A DNA stretch of 63,452 nucleotides, filler included, from Sphacelaria rigidula (Eukaryota): NCBI GenBank assembly GCA_964200075.2. It is 8 parts of 8 records of this genome, joined end to end, with 100 filler letters (N's around TTAATTAATTAA, not from the genome) between each part and the next. Parts side by side here need not be neighbours in the genome. Positions count along the whole stretch, not along the records: positions 23,835 to 31,678 come from CAXNAA020013266.1; positions 31,779 to 39,622 come from CAXNAA020013267.1; 6 more parts are not named here. One strand, written 5' to 3'. Positions 24,509 to 36,192 of this stretch are shown here, piece after piece. The notes under the pieces are model-generated. The model was not told the origin of the DNA. It saw nothing but the letters and a program-made list of their open reading frames with translations, and ran no database searches. The position numbers were made by a program, and so were the translations under genes. How positions within the stretch are numbered: the stretch's first letter is position 1; every line of letters begins with the position of its first letter.

Positions 24509-27500
24509 ATGCAAGCTACGGGTGTATTGCGTGCGGGTGTAGGTACCATACGAAGTGCCTGCCGTCATGCTGATATCGGTTGTCCGCTATTTTTGCCACC
24601 CGCCGCTAGGGCAGCAGCAACATCTCTGTCGTCAAGTGCTGTTGGCTACGGCCACGAACGATCACGACAGCAGCAGACGCGGCGGGGGTTGGCTATCGAG
24701 GTCGACAGGATGCAGCACCATATCAGGGTCACAGACGACATGAAGATAAGCGAGCCCGTGAAGCGTGTCTTGACTATCGACAATGCCTCTCGGTGAGTAT
24801 TACTGTGGAGCTTCACTCTACAAAGTTTTTGGTGCAAAGGTTCTACCAGCCCATGTCGGACTCACGGGTATCGCCAAGCCTTATCGTGATCAAGCGTCTC
24901 CAACGCGAGTGATGAGCACAGAGCGTGGCTTCTTGTCAGACAAAAATCAGTACGGTACACCCCACAAAATGAGGGATGTAAGATGTACCTTCCTGCCGTT
25001 AAATGGGTTGAAATGGGTTGACTTGTATCGGGTATGCGCCTCTTCGACAATAAAATACAGACAGTGTAGGTCCAACCTTCTTGGGGATGACGGAAACAAA
25101 TTCGAACAACCCGGCAGGGATTGGGACGAAGAGAGGGTGATATCCACAGTAAACATGAGTCAAGGACTCAGGCACTGCGCAGGAGACCGTACGATTGCGA
25201 TTGCTTATTGCACTGCTTTGTGCACGTGCTACGAAGGCGTTTTCTGAAAAATGTAAAAATTCAGCCGTGCACACTCTGTCGTGGGGACAGAGCTATACTC
25301 AAACGTTACCTTCAGCTTGTGCAGCGCGTGCGGAAACGTCTTCGTCCTGCGATGTGAGCCTACCCGCGCAAACCGTCTCGGTTCATACTGCGCCATAGGG
25401 TGCCGCTGCTCAATATTTCTGTTCCAAATTTTTCCCTGATCGTATATGTCTCCACGTCGGCGTGAATGTTCAAGGCCCCAACAGAAACAGCTGGCTCGGC
25501 AGCTGGCGATCGAGCACTGGCGCCGTCACCGTGCGGACACAGGCTCACCGGCATGCCAAAGTAAGTCATGAGCTATGCCCGATAAGGAGGGCACGTCAGT
25601 ACTCTTGTAAAAAACGCTTCGTCCCCAAAGATGATCATCACGATATTTGCCAACCACGCACGCGAGCGGTACCTTGGATTGTTATCACAAAAAATATTCT
25701 TGGAGTTGTTGCGGTTGTTGCCGTCACTTATTTTTCGCCATGTGCAGCGGGCACCCGCAGTTGAGAGATATCAACGCGGTCTCCAGGCTCAATACCCTGT
25801 TTAAGGATGCGCGCCAGTAGCACTACTTCTATTGGCCCACCAATATTAAATCCCCGCTGCTTTGTTCTTGGTTATATTTAAAAGTGTTTTATTGTGTCCT
25901 TACTCCACAAGAATCACTCTTCAAATTGATTTCGCACCCGTCTCGACAGGAAACACAGGATAGCATTCTGCCTACAGAGGGTGCCCCATACTATCACCTA
26001 CGATGTTCTCTGTTGCTCTACTGTAGCCAACAAAATGAAAATGTTTCCGGTGCACCTGTCACTGCAAGTTGTTGTTCAGTGTACAGCTTTGTATCCGCCA
26101 TGAATTAATCAGATACACATAATACTCGCACTGTTTGAGGAGGTCCGTGAGTATAAAAAATTAGCTTGGGCATGAGGACAGAAATGCCCAACTTGTTGGT
26201 AGTCATTTTCCGGCCATTTATTATCCGTGTCACACACTCAGCTATGACCTCGTTTCTTTTCTTTGGCGGGGGTCAAAATCTGTTATTTCTCATCCAGTTG
26301 TTTTTCATCTCGTGTTGCCTACTCGAGCTGTATTTCTTACACGGCATTTCATGTGTTGCACCGGAAAACAAGCCCCCACATTTTCTCAGCTGAACATTTC
26401 CTAGGTTGCGGGCGCTCTCTGTACTAGGTGAGGGTTGAGGTTTTGCTACTGAACAGCCCGATTTGACCATCTTACAAGCGACCACCCAGAGCCAGGATAT
26501 CCCTTCAGCGCTACTTTTCTGGTATGTACAAGGAGCAGGCATAACATTCCGCGTTTTTTACCCACTCGACGCGGGAACCAGGGCGGACACAACGACGTGG
26601 CCCGGATAGCCCAGCGACCTCAGTGTATGGTTATGCTTGCTTCAAAGAGCGATCTGGTTTGTTCGGCATGAATTACACAGCAAGACGACTGTCATCAGTA
26701 AGAAAAGGGAGGGACTTTGTGGCGATTTTGCTACAGTTATGGGGGTGAATGGGGCCCGATTTTGGGCACTATATATCGGTAAGATGGACCGACCACGATC
26801 CACTACAGAAAAAATTACCCGTAATCGAGCCAATCGTATCAATCACAAACACACACGCCATCTCCAAATAACGACCTCGCTTATAGGAATGTAGTCTAAC
26901 TTCACCATATGCTTACAAGCCTATGAGTGGTCGGTGTCGCGGAAATGTAGTTGCTCTACCGACTGCTTTGATATATTGTTGTGTGCTTGTACTGTGTAGC
27001 TGTTGCACTCGGGAAGCACACGCCCACTACGTTTCACCCCACATTCACCACCCTTCTCAACATCAGCAGTCAAGAACAGGAAAAGTGGCAGCAGTGGCAG
27101 ACGTCACCCACAACACCAACCCCACTCAACTCTTTTATTCACATACCGCAAAAACGAAGCAGCACAGAATATTCAGACAATAAGCACGGGTGTGGAGTAT
27201 CGTGGAACGAGTGAGGATGATGTAGACGACGTCGACAAAGATGAAGCGATTCACGCTGTGCGGCTGGGCTGCTCATCGCATACCCTGCACCTTTCTGTGA
27301 TGGCGGATTTAGAGAGCAATTGCTTCATGGGCCCCATGGGCTCAGGGTTGTGGCACGAGTGGAAGGAATCCCTTTTGTGTTCTCCACTCATGAAAGCAAA
27401 CCGTCAACGGCATACTCCACCTCTGCGACGCAAGACACAAGACGTTTGGAGCTATCAGCGTTGAACGGTCACGTTGCCTCTTCTGTCATGCCGACCACCA

Positions 27501-27714
27501 CGGCAGCGCAAAAGGAGCGCTGCGTAATCCAGGTCCCGACGTATCCATTTCATATTACAACGGCACAGAACAAGCGCTGGAATACGCATGTTGGCGCGAA
27601 TGCCCCTGCTTATTTTTGCGTTGCAGTTTATAGTCCCGGAACCAAGCATTCGATCGAAACTGCAACTTGCCAACCGCGATGTTTACATTTTGTTGTTGGT
27701 GTATGCAGGCGGCA

Positions 27715-27754
<40 letters not shown>

Positions 27755-30686
27755 GCCATCCCAACCATTCTGGACGCCGGTCTACACAGCAGCGGTAGCA
27801 ACAAATGTCATGGCTGCTGTTATCAATCAGTGAAGTGCGGTACACAGACGATGGTCAAAACCGCTCTTCACGCGTGGGTTTCTGCGCTTGATCCGTCCGA
27901 CGTACGCTCAGGCGACCTTCATGTGTGACCTTGCCCACTACAATCCGAGAGGTGACGGGTACTTGCTGTTGTAACGCGAAGCTGCTTTGCACATCTACAC
28001 GGAGGAAACCAGCACGTAGCGATACATGATCGGGCTATCCGCCATCACAAATCGCTTGGCGCTGACGTGCGCCTCGCCACCAAGCCTACTGAACTTCGAA
28101 AATGGAACATTTTCTCAAATTGTCGTTGGTGTACAGAGGCAATTACGGCAATCATCCCGCCTGTCCAGTCCCACAGTTTCCTTCTGTTATCTTGTCATCA
28201 ATGTACACAGGCAGTAGTGACAGCAAACGTTATGGCTGTCTTCGGTCTGTCAAAGGCAGTGCATCGAACATAAAAAAGACTGCGCTCGAGGCCCTGGCTT
28301 GTGCGCTCGACAGTGTAGACACAACACAGCCGATTTTGAGCAGAGAAAACTATATGGTTCGTGGTACTCTTTGTGGGGAGAATGAATTGCCCCTTGTACA
28401 CAAGCGCATACAAGAAATAAGCACCACATGGCAGGACGGAAGATACATACACATATCCTTTAAAACGAAGCTTGCCTCATGTTGCATTGTTTACATATTG
28501 TTATTAGTATGCACGTCAGTTACGGAGAACATCATCGCTGTCTCCCGACTGTGAAAGGACCAAAGGACCACAGGAAAAATTGGGCGCACCGGCTTAGATT
28601 ATGCGCTTGACCCAACAAACACTCTGACATGAAACAGGTGCGTCAAGCTTTCCGGTGACCGCGTTGAGCCTGTCGGTGGCTGCCTTGAGTTCTTTCTCAG
28701 CCTTCTCCGCGCGTTGAGGCGCCGCCTTGACCTTGCCCGCGGCTGTCAAGGCACAGGATAAGTCTTTACCGGTTTTCCCCTTGTACTTCGTCCATGCTGC
28801 GCGGGAGTTCGCTTCTTTCTTGAGTTTCGAAACACCGAGCTTTTGAGAGTCCCCATTTTTCACCTCGATGAACGCTGCTGTTCCTGCAGCCGCAAGTGCC
28901 GATTTTTCAACGCAGATATCTCGGCAACGAAGCAGAGGATTGGACTGTTGTTTGATGCATGCGCTTCCCACACACCAGAACCGCGGCGGTTTTCCGTAAC
29001 GTGTGCTGCGGAGCCCGCAGCACTTTGCAAACCGCCAAAATGCACTGAAAACGCGTTTTCTTCGACGTTTAGGGGCGTTTCGGATCCGCTGTGGCGACTT
29101 GAGCAAATCCGCCGCAGCACTGAAAATATCTAGTGTGTGCGCGGGGGCTGTCAAGTGCCACAGGCCGGTTCGCTTCCTGTCTCGAGAACTATGCGATGAA
29201 AAAATACAGCTGTCGCATACTAAACCTAGGTAACTTGGGGTGGAGCGTGTGTTCTGTTCGGCAGAGGTTCGGCACAGGTCCGACCAGACAATGACGTCTT
29301 CAATGCGTCTAGAACATCCCTCCGCGTTCATATTTGTTTTCGTTGACAACGGATTTTTGGTCGGTAAGGCCTTCATTCACCCCCATAACAGTTGGCTTTA
29401 GTGTCGTACTTGATTGTACCTGACTCTTGATTTTTTTCACGGAACAGGAACACACACAGGGGGGAAAAGAAGAACCAACCCCATTTGGACAGGATTGAAA
29501 AACATTGACGGGTACGGGTGCGCACAACACACAGTTCGATGCAGTGCTCGAAGATGTCTCCTTGTTGATCCTATTATCGCCCTCATGGGCTCCAAGCGTT
29601 GCCTCTTCGTGCTTTTTTTAACCGACTACGGACCAAAACGGGCGACCCTTCGTATAGCAACATTCTAGTAGCCGCATCCGCACCCATAGCGCGCCCTTGC
29701 TTGCAACATGTCCTGCCCTTGCAACGATTCAATCTGCCGACTTCCACTCATCGTGTGGTCGTTCACAATCCCGAAGACTGGGTTGATGTTGTGTTTTGAT
29801 TTTGCTAAATTCGCGGTAATCTCAAAACGTAAAATACTAGGGTTGGGGACTGGCGCTACGCACCAGTACCAGGTAAACTGGCTGCGGAGAGCAGCCAGTT
29901 TACTGGGTCCTATCAGTACATTAGTGTCGCGCTGCTGAGGGGGCGCCGTCGGAGGCGTATTTTTACGCGATTTGGCTTCACTAAAAGATATTTTTGAGGT
30001 GATTTTGGGCCACTTCGATGATGCCTGCCCGGGTGTGAAAATGTTTCTTCTCCAAATAGTTGTTAGTATACCCAGAGAAAAATTTCACGATTCGCTGGAG
30101 GCCGCGGCGGGTCCAGGGATCTGAGGCCTCGGGCTCGGGTCTGAAGCGGGCGGGCTGCTGCTGCTAGTGACATATTGGTCCATCGATTTTGTGGTCTCTC
30201 TCTAGTGTGTGTGTGCCCTGTTCTCAACCTCTTTCCTCTCCTGCCTCTCATGCGGCGCAGTTTCGGTGGGTTTCCATGTGTTTTCGAAGGCATAATTTAG
30301 GACGTACGTAAGATGGGTATGTACTGGCTGCACTGGCAGCCTCTGACGCAGTACAGGAAAACTGCCAGCACAGGAATACTATCAGTAGATAGTGGTCGAG
30401 TCCCCAACCGTATGAAATACCTTGCTTCCCGCAATATACTCACGTGTGCGTCCGTTTCTTGTCTTTTGCTCTCGTAATTCTTGCCCTGTTGAAAAATACA
30501 GTTGCTTCGTTGACAGTCAGAATCAATTCCATTCACCAACACATCGCCACGCAGCACAGGAAGGACCACGCGACCAAGCGAGGGTACGTGGCGCTGGTGA
30601 ACAGAAGACGGAAAATGCTGGCGTATCTCAAGCGCACAGACTTTGACACCTACCGGAAGGTTCATCGGGAGCTGGGCTTGGCATAA
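24509..30686 (+). CDS. rps15: Nuclear-encoded mitochondrial ribosomal protein uS15 (bacterial-type S15), complete, 184 aa
   Basis: Exons 24509-24792 (CG|GTGAGT), 25475-25560 (A|GTAAGT) and 30502-30686 (TAA), with consistent phases. An Arg/Ala-rich presequence is followed by ISEPVKRVLTIDNASR-PQQKQLARQLAIEHWRRHRADTGSPACQ-IASLTVRINSIHQHIATQHRKDHATKRGYVALVNRRRKMLAYLKRTDFDTYRKVHRELGL, which contains the S15 signatures DTGS..Q and H.KD...RG...LV..R.K.L.YL. Confidence 0.93.
26734..29391. mobile_element. Putative non-autonomous TIR element (hAT-like) in intron 2 of rps15
   Basis: Left end CAGTTATGGGGGTGAATGGGGCCC; the right end reads CTGTTATGGGGGTGAATGAAGGCC in reverse complement. The first ~150 bp recur on another contig from about 22853, with similarity starting at the same CAGTT. 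No clean TSD. Confidence 0.45.
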
Positions 30687-31848
30687 AAGAAGGGAGGACG
30701 ATGATGGGGCAAAACGCAATACGCGTTTCATTCCTGTTACAACACAAAAGAGAGAAAGTGGGATTCCGCATACATACGCATTGCATGCATAAATATCACC
30801 GAACATGAGAACCCCGTCCAAGGCGGACATGGTACAGTTTCCCACCTTTCAGCAGTGGCTGCGAAGCGCACGGTTCAGTTCGAGGTGAAAGTGTAGAATT
30901 GAACTTTATCCGCACACCCCGACAGCATGATCGAAAACTCCCCTCGACTGGGTCAGTCGGTATCGGCAAGGAGAGAAGTCGCGGTGCTTCGTTGCAAGAA
31001 AGTCGGCATGGACCCCCAAGGCTTGGCGTGTTGACCTCATGAGTGGCGTACCCCGATCTGAAATGCAGGTATGGCCTTGATGCGTGCCCTCTACACAGCG
31101 TTTCGTAACGCGGCCACCCCCATGGGAGAGGGTAGTTTTCCTCCATGACTCAATTTTGCCGGTAATATGTTCGCACGGTGCAGCCGAAACGGTGGAGATG
31201 CACATGATCGATGAGTAGTTACTGGTTGTTGTGTCATAGTGGCCGATTTCGCCCTCCAGTTGTGTTTTATGCGATAAGAACCGAGTAGTGTCTGAGCGGT
31301 CTTTACTTGTCGCACTGGTGGACCCCAGCTTTCCCCACTAAACGACTCCATAGCTATGGGGCTCTCGGTTTCGTACGGTTGTGCGCGGCGTGGATGGCGT
31401 CATGATCATCGATATGATCTGGATAATAGGCGATACTTGTGTGGGTCGCCTACCATGACTTCACAGTTGGGTACTCCAAAACACCAATTGAGTGTGGCAA
31501 GCATCTTCGAATAACCGTGGTTACTATTATAACTTCGTCTCCTGCTGCTCTCGAAAGCCGAGTTGGCGTTTTCAGCCGGAATCTTTGCCTTAAATCAAGG
31601 CTCTGTCGAGATGAATTTTTCGGACATGGAGGCTCACCCCCCCACCCCCTCCCCCCCCCCGCCCCGCCCACGCCCTCCNNNNNNNNNNNNNNNNNNNNNN
31701 NNNNNNNNNNNNNNNNNNNNNNTTAATTAATTAANNNNNNNNNNNNNNNNNNNNNNNNNNNNNNNNNNNNNNNNNNNNTATGTGTATTTTGGTGGTATGC
31801 TTCTTGCACTCTGTGACCACGGGTTCGAGAGATCGAGCTAATGTGACG

Positions 31849-31938
31849 GATATAATTATAATAATTATAATTATAATTATAATTATAATTATAATTATAA
31901 TTATAATTATAATTATAATTATAATTATAATTATAACC

Positions 31939-32010
<72 letters not shown>

Positions 32011-32012
32011 TA
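31849..32012. repeat. Compound microsatellite (ATAATT)n-(AAT)n
   Basis: Directly visible. It produces the spurious poly-Ile ORFs on both strands. Confidence 0.98.
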
Positions 32013-32127
32013 AAACTGTTGATAATTACATATGTGTCGCTCCGGAATATTCGCATTTGATCAACCTGGAGAAGACGTGATTTTCCTGTCACCTACGCGG
32101 CGCGGATGCTGTTTTGATACCTTGCAG

Positions 32128-35100
32128 GAATCGATGCGCGAGTTCAGCCTGGCGTCAGGACTGACGAGGCTTGCTGCCCCTGTGCTCGGCGTGGTGAACC
32201 TAGGCGGCGCGCTGTATCTGTCGCAGTTGCTGCAAGATCCCAGATTAATCGGGGTTTCCCTCCCAGGCGTGTACGGCTTCGTGCAGGTGTGGTTCTATTA
32301 AACCCTGTACGGTTAGGTCATGTTCCAACACACCCACCGGAACACAAGTAGTGCATACCACCTGCAGTAGTGTCCTATCACTTGGAATGTTGAAGTTGGT
32401 CCACTTGCTTCTAGTGTAGACACCGAAATTCGGATCTTTAGTGGGGGCTCTCCAGCGTGCGCAGAACGCGTTTTTGTCCAACTCGGCACCGATTTGAGGT
32501 CTGGCAACGCGCCCTTTGCCTAATTAACACTTTGCGCTCCCCCTTGCCCGAGGGTTATTCGGATTAGACTCGAAGATTTTTCGAAATCATGAATATTTAC
32601 GAGAAAAAAAATGATCCTAAACAGTGTTGAACTAACGTCCCCAACACGCCCTCTCGTGTTGACACTGACTGACTACCAACAAACACCGATTGCCTTACAT
32701 AGTTCTATATTCATACATTTGCTACCCGCTACATTTTTTTCCGGTTGGATTCTGGCGCTACACATGTTGCCAATAGATTTTGTCACAGTTCGCGTACAAA
32801 CTAATTAGTCATGGTTAGTATTGCTTGATTTTGAGTGTCGTATAAAAAATTGTATAGCATTAATAAGTGGGGTTGGTAGGCCCGAATATTCCTGTGACCA
32901 GCGTACGCAAAACGCGTTTTTGTCCAAATCGGCGCCGCAGGCGCCGATTTGAGGTCCGACATGAGGACTACCAATGCACACTTTTCCAGAGCACCTCTCC
33001 ACACTGTCCTTGCCTATGGGTTCTAGCCGTGCCTTGGGTTGGGGTTAGGGTCTGGATTGGCGTTATTTCGAACTGTGTCAACCATGGATGATGTGGAGGT
33101 GATCTGGGGTAAACCCACCTCCATTTTGCGGCCGCGTCCAGGTGCTCTCAGTGATGGATGATGACAAGTCCAAGTGTATTTGGGGGGGGGGGGGGGGCTC
33201 GAATGACGATAATATGCGGACTACTCTTTCTGATTCCCAGCGTTCCCAAAACATGAAAATTGTGCGTTGATTTATATTTTTTTTCCCGAAAATTCTATGG
33301 AAAAGAAGTCGGCGGTCTGCGTGCGTGGGTCTTGATCTCATCTTCGTCTTTGCCGATATAATATAAGGCAAGCACCGGTGGAGGGTAGGGTTGATCCCTT
33401 GACACTCGTACTATGAACTCGTTTTAAGGAGGGAGCGGGGGAGGAGGGGGATTGCGAGCGCGATATTACACAGGGGGTAAATGTCAGAGACGTAGACGCG
33501 CGGGCGTCAGGATGATGATACTGAGAAGTTATCCTGCATAACTGCATTAGCCAGCCGTCCACTTTTTGCAATAAATGTTTGTATACATTTAATAGATACG
33601 GTATGTAGCCAAGTACCTTGTTTTTTTTGTACGGGTTGCTTATCTCAAGCCATGCGGCAATAGCTGACCGTTTCTTCCTTATTTTTTCGTTCATATTCTG
33701 ACTTCATCGGAACCGGTCCTAGATGTACTGTACCATGCCATCCTTCTTGTTTTTCTCCTTATTTCCCCTTCCGTTCCCTTCCGTTCCCTCGCTTTCCCCT
33801 TTTGTTTGTTTTTTTCAGTTCTGTCCATTTGTTTGTTTCATCTTTTCCCCTCATCTTTCCCTTTTTGTCGTGTTATGGTTTCCCTTGGCTACGTATTTCT
33901 TGAAATCACGGGCGGATGTTCCTCGGACGTGAGTTGATGTGTACATTATGATTCGCTGGGGCCGTACGGGTGGCTTTGTGATGTTGATATTTTATCGTTT
34001 GCTACCGTAAGACCCTGTTCCCTAGGATAGGCACGAGATATTCACCTGTTTAGGTGCGAGGGGTTCAGGATATCTCACTCACTTCACCGGCGGACCATTC
34101 GGGATCGTTCAGTCATGTCAGTGGCAGAGTCGTGATCTTTGTTATTGATTTCGGTTTTATATTGCTCGACTTTGCGTGTCGAGTGGGAGCGACAGGCTCC
34201 ATCTCCTCTCGTCCGAATACTGGCTTGCAACACCACGCCTTCTAGGATTATTATAATTTGTTCACACCCTGGACAATAGATTATATTATAAAAAAATGTA
34301 CTACTACCGAGCAGATATCGGAACGGTTTTTAATGTGAAGACAACAACAACAGCAGTATGGAATCTATTGTCCATTGCAATAGGCGCAATAGTCGATATC
34401 GTACGCAGTACACTTTTTGACTGCATTCTATTGCGCAAAGTGTGATTTTTTTCGGTATTGTTGATTTTTGTAAGTCCCACTTTATGTTTTCATTTAATTT
34501 CCTTACACGTTACTTTAGAGAGTTAGCCTGTCACCACGGAAGGCGTCCGCATCAGATGTATCAGATGATGCCCTGTTCGGAAGTGTGAAGGTACTGCGCA
34601 GAGACCGGAACGGTTTCAAATGTGAAGACAACAACAACAACAACAACAACAACGACAGTAATAACTCCTCTCCGGTTTACATGTGTATGCAGGTGTTCAT
34701 TATGCTCGCACATGGTGTGGCTTCCCCTAATGTGCGACGATCATTTGATTCACCAATGAAATACGCGTGCGTGAATCTTTTATGCGCTGCATCTTTTCTC
34801 ATGTTGTTCCTCCCCGTCGTGTGGTCTGTCCGTCTTCTTTCTGCAGGGCGCGATGCCTTTCCTGTTGACGTACGCTATAGCTCTGAACATCATTCCGCTG
34901 GTGCGTTGGATCATCAACAAGCGTGCAAACGGCGAAATAGAAAGGCGCAACGGCTTCAGGAGGCAGTGGGCGGATCGCTTGAGGAGCGGGGGGGAGGTGG
35001 TACAGCGGAAACTAAAGGCGGCAAAGGCAATGTCGCGATCCCTCAAGTGAGAGAGAGACGACACCCTAAAAGTTAAAATAGGAGCATACTTGTACCAGGC

Positions 35101-36192
35101 AAAACGTCGAGGCAGCCGCAGTCCCAGTCGACGGCATCACATCCTCTTGGCGTTTTATATGTTAGACAAAACTGCACCCCCGAACAATGCTACAAGTTCT
35201 GTCTACTTCCCGTCATCAGTGTGTTACTCTACGTTGTAAATTTTGGATGCTTGAATCTTACATAGGCCATAATCCGAGAGAATGCTAGAGACGGTACTTT
35301 TTAACGTTTTAACGTTTTAAACGATGTCCGCCATAGATTTGTGCTTGGATAAGAGATAACGTTACTGCTTGAGGTGATGGTCGGTGTACGAGGAACACGA
35401 GATATGCGTTTTTGTACCCTTCGGCCACGAATAGATTCTTGTAGTAGCCGCATATGAGAATCATTATCCAAAGCGCTGCGTTAGCATACATTAACTCAAA
35501 TGGACTCCTCCGTTGCGGAACGGTCAAGGCAGTAGTACCCAATAGTGAAAGGCAAGATCTTGAGGAGAGACGCAGCAAAAATGTTCAAGTGGTGGGTTCA
35601 ATATTGTGTAAAACCTTGACGGGAGTTTGAGCATCGCCCTTGTTCGGTGCCCCTGTAAATCAACTAATATTTGCTTTGCACATATTGGTCGAGCAGTGCG
35701 CTTCACGCCGGCTTGTCCTATCGACTATCGGGATGGTTGCCTCACAGTTTGTCTTTTCCGCCCGAGTCATGACAGAACGTGCATGGGTGACTCTACTGCG
35801 GCCACTGCTGCAATTCCCCATGTGTCATTTCCCAGAAACGTCGAATCGGTAATTCCCTTGGTCACCGAATAGTTCAATAATGGGGAGGTCTTGTAGCTCG
35901 CTGTGTCCCGCTACTCCCAGCGTCGTTTTTTTTCATCTTATTTTTTTGCGGCGTTCTGGAATAGATACTAGGTATTACTGTTTGATATCAACCGAGTCAA
36001 CTGATGGAGAAACACGGATCCGCCCTGTTCGTCGTTATCATTACGTTGCTATTTTCCAGCGTTATCGAAGCGAAGGACGTGGCGTACACGACGGCCAAGT
36101 CGATGGCGGAGCAGGGGGTAGAAAAGGCTGTGGAAGAAGGTCTACTCGACGACTTCGATACGCGCTTGAACAAGGGCAAGGGCAGCAGCTAG
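32128..36192 (+). CDS. 3' part (last 3 exons) of a conserved plastid/cyanobacterial-type membrane protein, At5g03900-like
   Basis: Exons 32128-32286, 34847-35046 and 36060-36192 (TAG), with consistent phases. The product is ESMREFSLASGLTRLAAPVLGVVNLGGALYLSQLLQD...YGFVQ-GAMPFLLTYAIALNIIPLVRW...NGEIERRN...KLKAAKAM...VIEAKDVAYTTAKSMAEQ...FDTRL. Two TM helices plus IPL.R, N..I..RN and D.AY.T..EQ match my recollection of this family. Confidence 0.85.
34530..34652 (+). mobile_element. 3' end of an (AAC)n-tailed SINE/LINE-like repeat
   Basis: ACGGAAGGCGTC.GCATCAGATG...CTGCGCAGA.A.CGGAA.G...GTGAA.ACAACAAC is shared with about 34300-34352 and about 62365-62478. Confidence 0.7.

Noticed and set aside
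24783..25247. 154-aa ORF first considered as a viral or transposase remnant
   Set aside because: It lies almost wholly in intron 1 of rps15 (donor at 24793) and has no recognisable motif.
28594..29376. Longest ORF in the track (260 aa, minus strand) as a stand-alone gene
   Set aside because: It has no ATG start and its N-terminal two-thirds run through repeat-like sequence. Only the Lys/Ala-rich end looks coding, and that is reported under findings.
31731..32013. Poly-isoleucine ORFs on both strands
   Set aside because: Translation of an ATAATT/AAT microsatellite.
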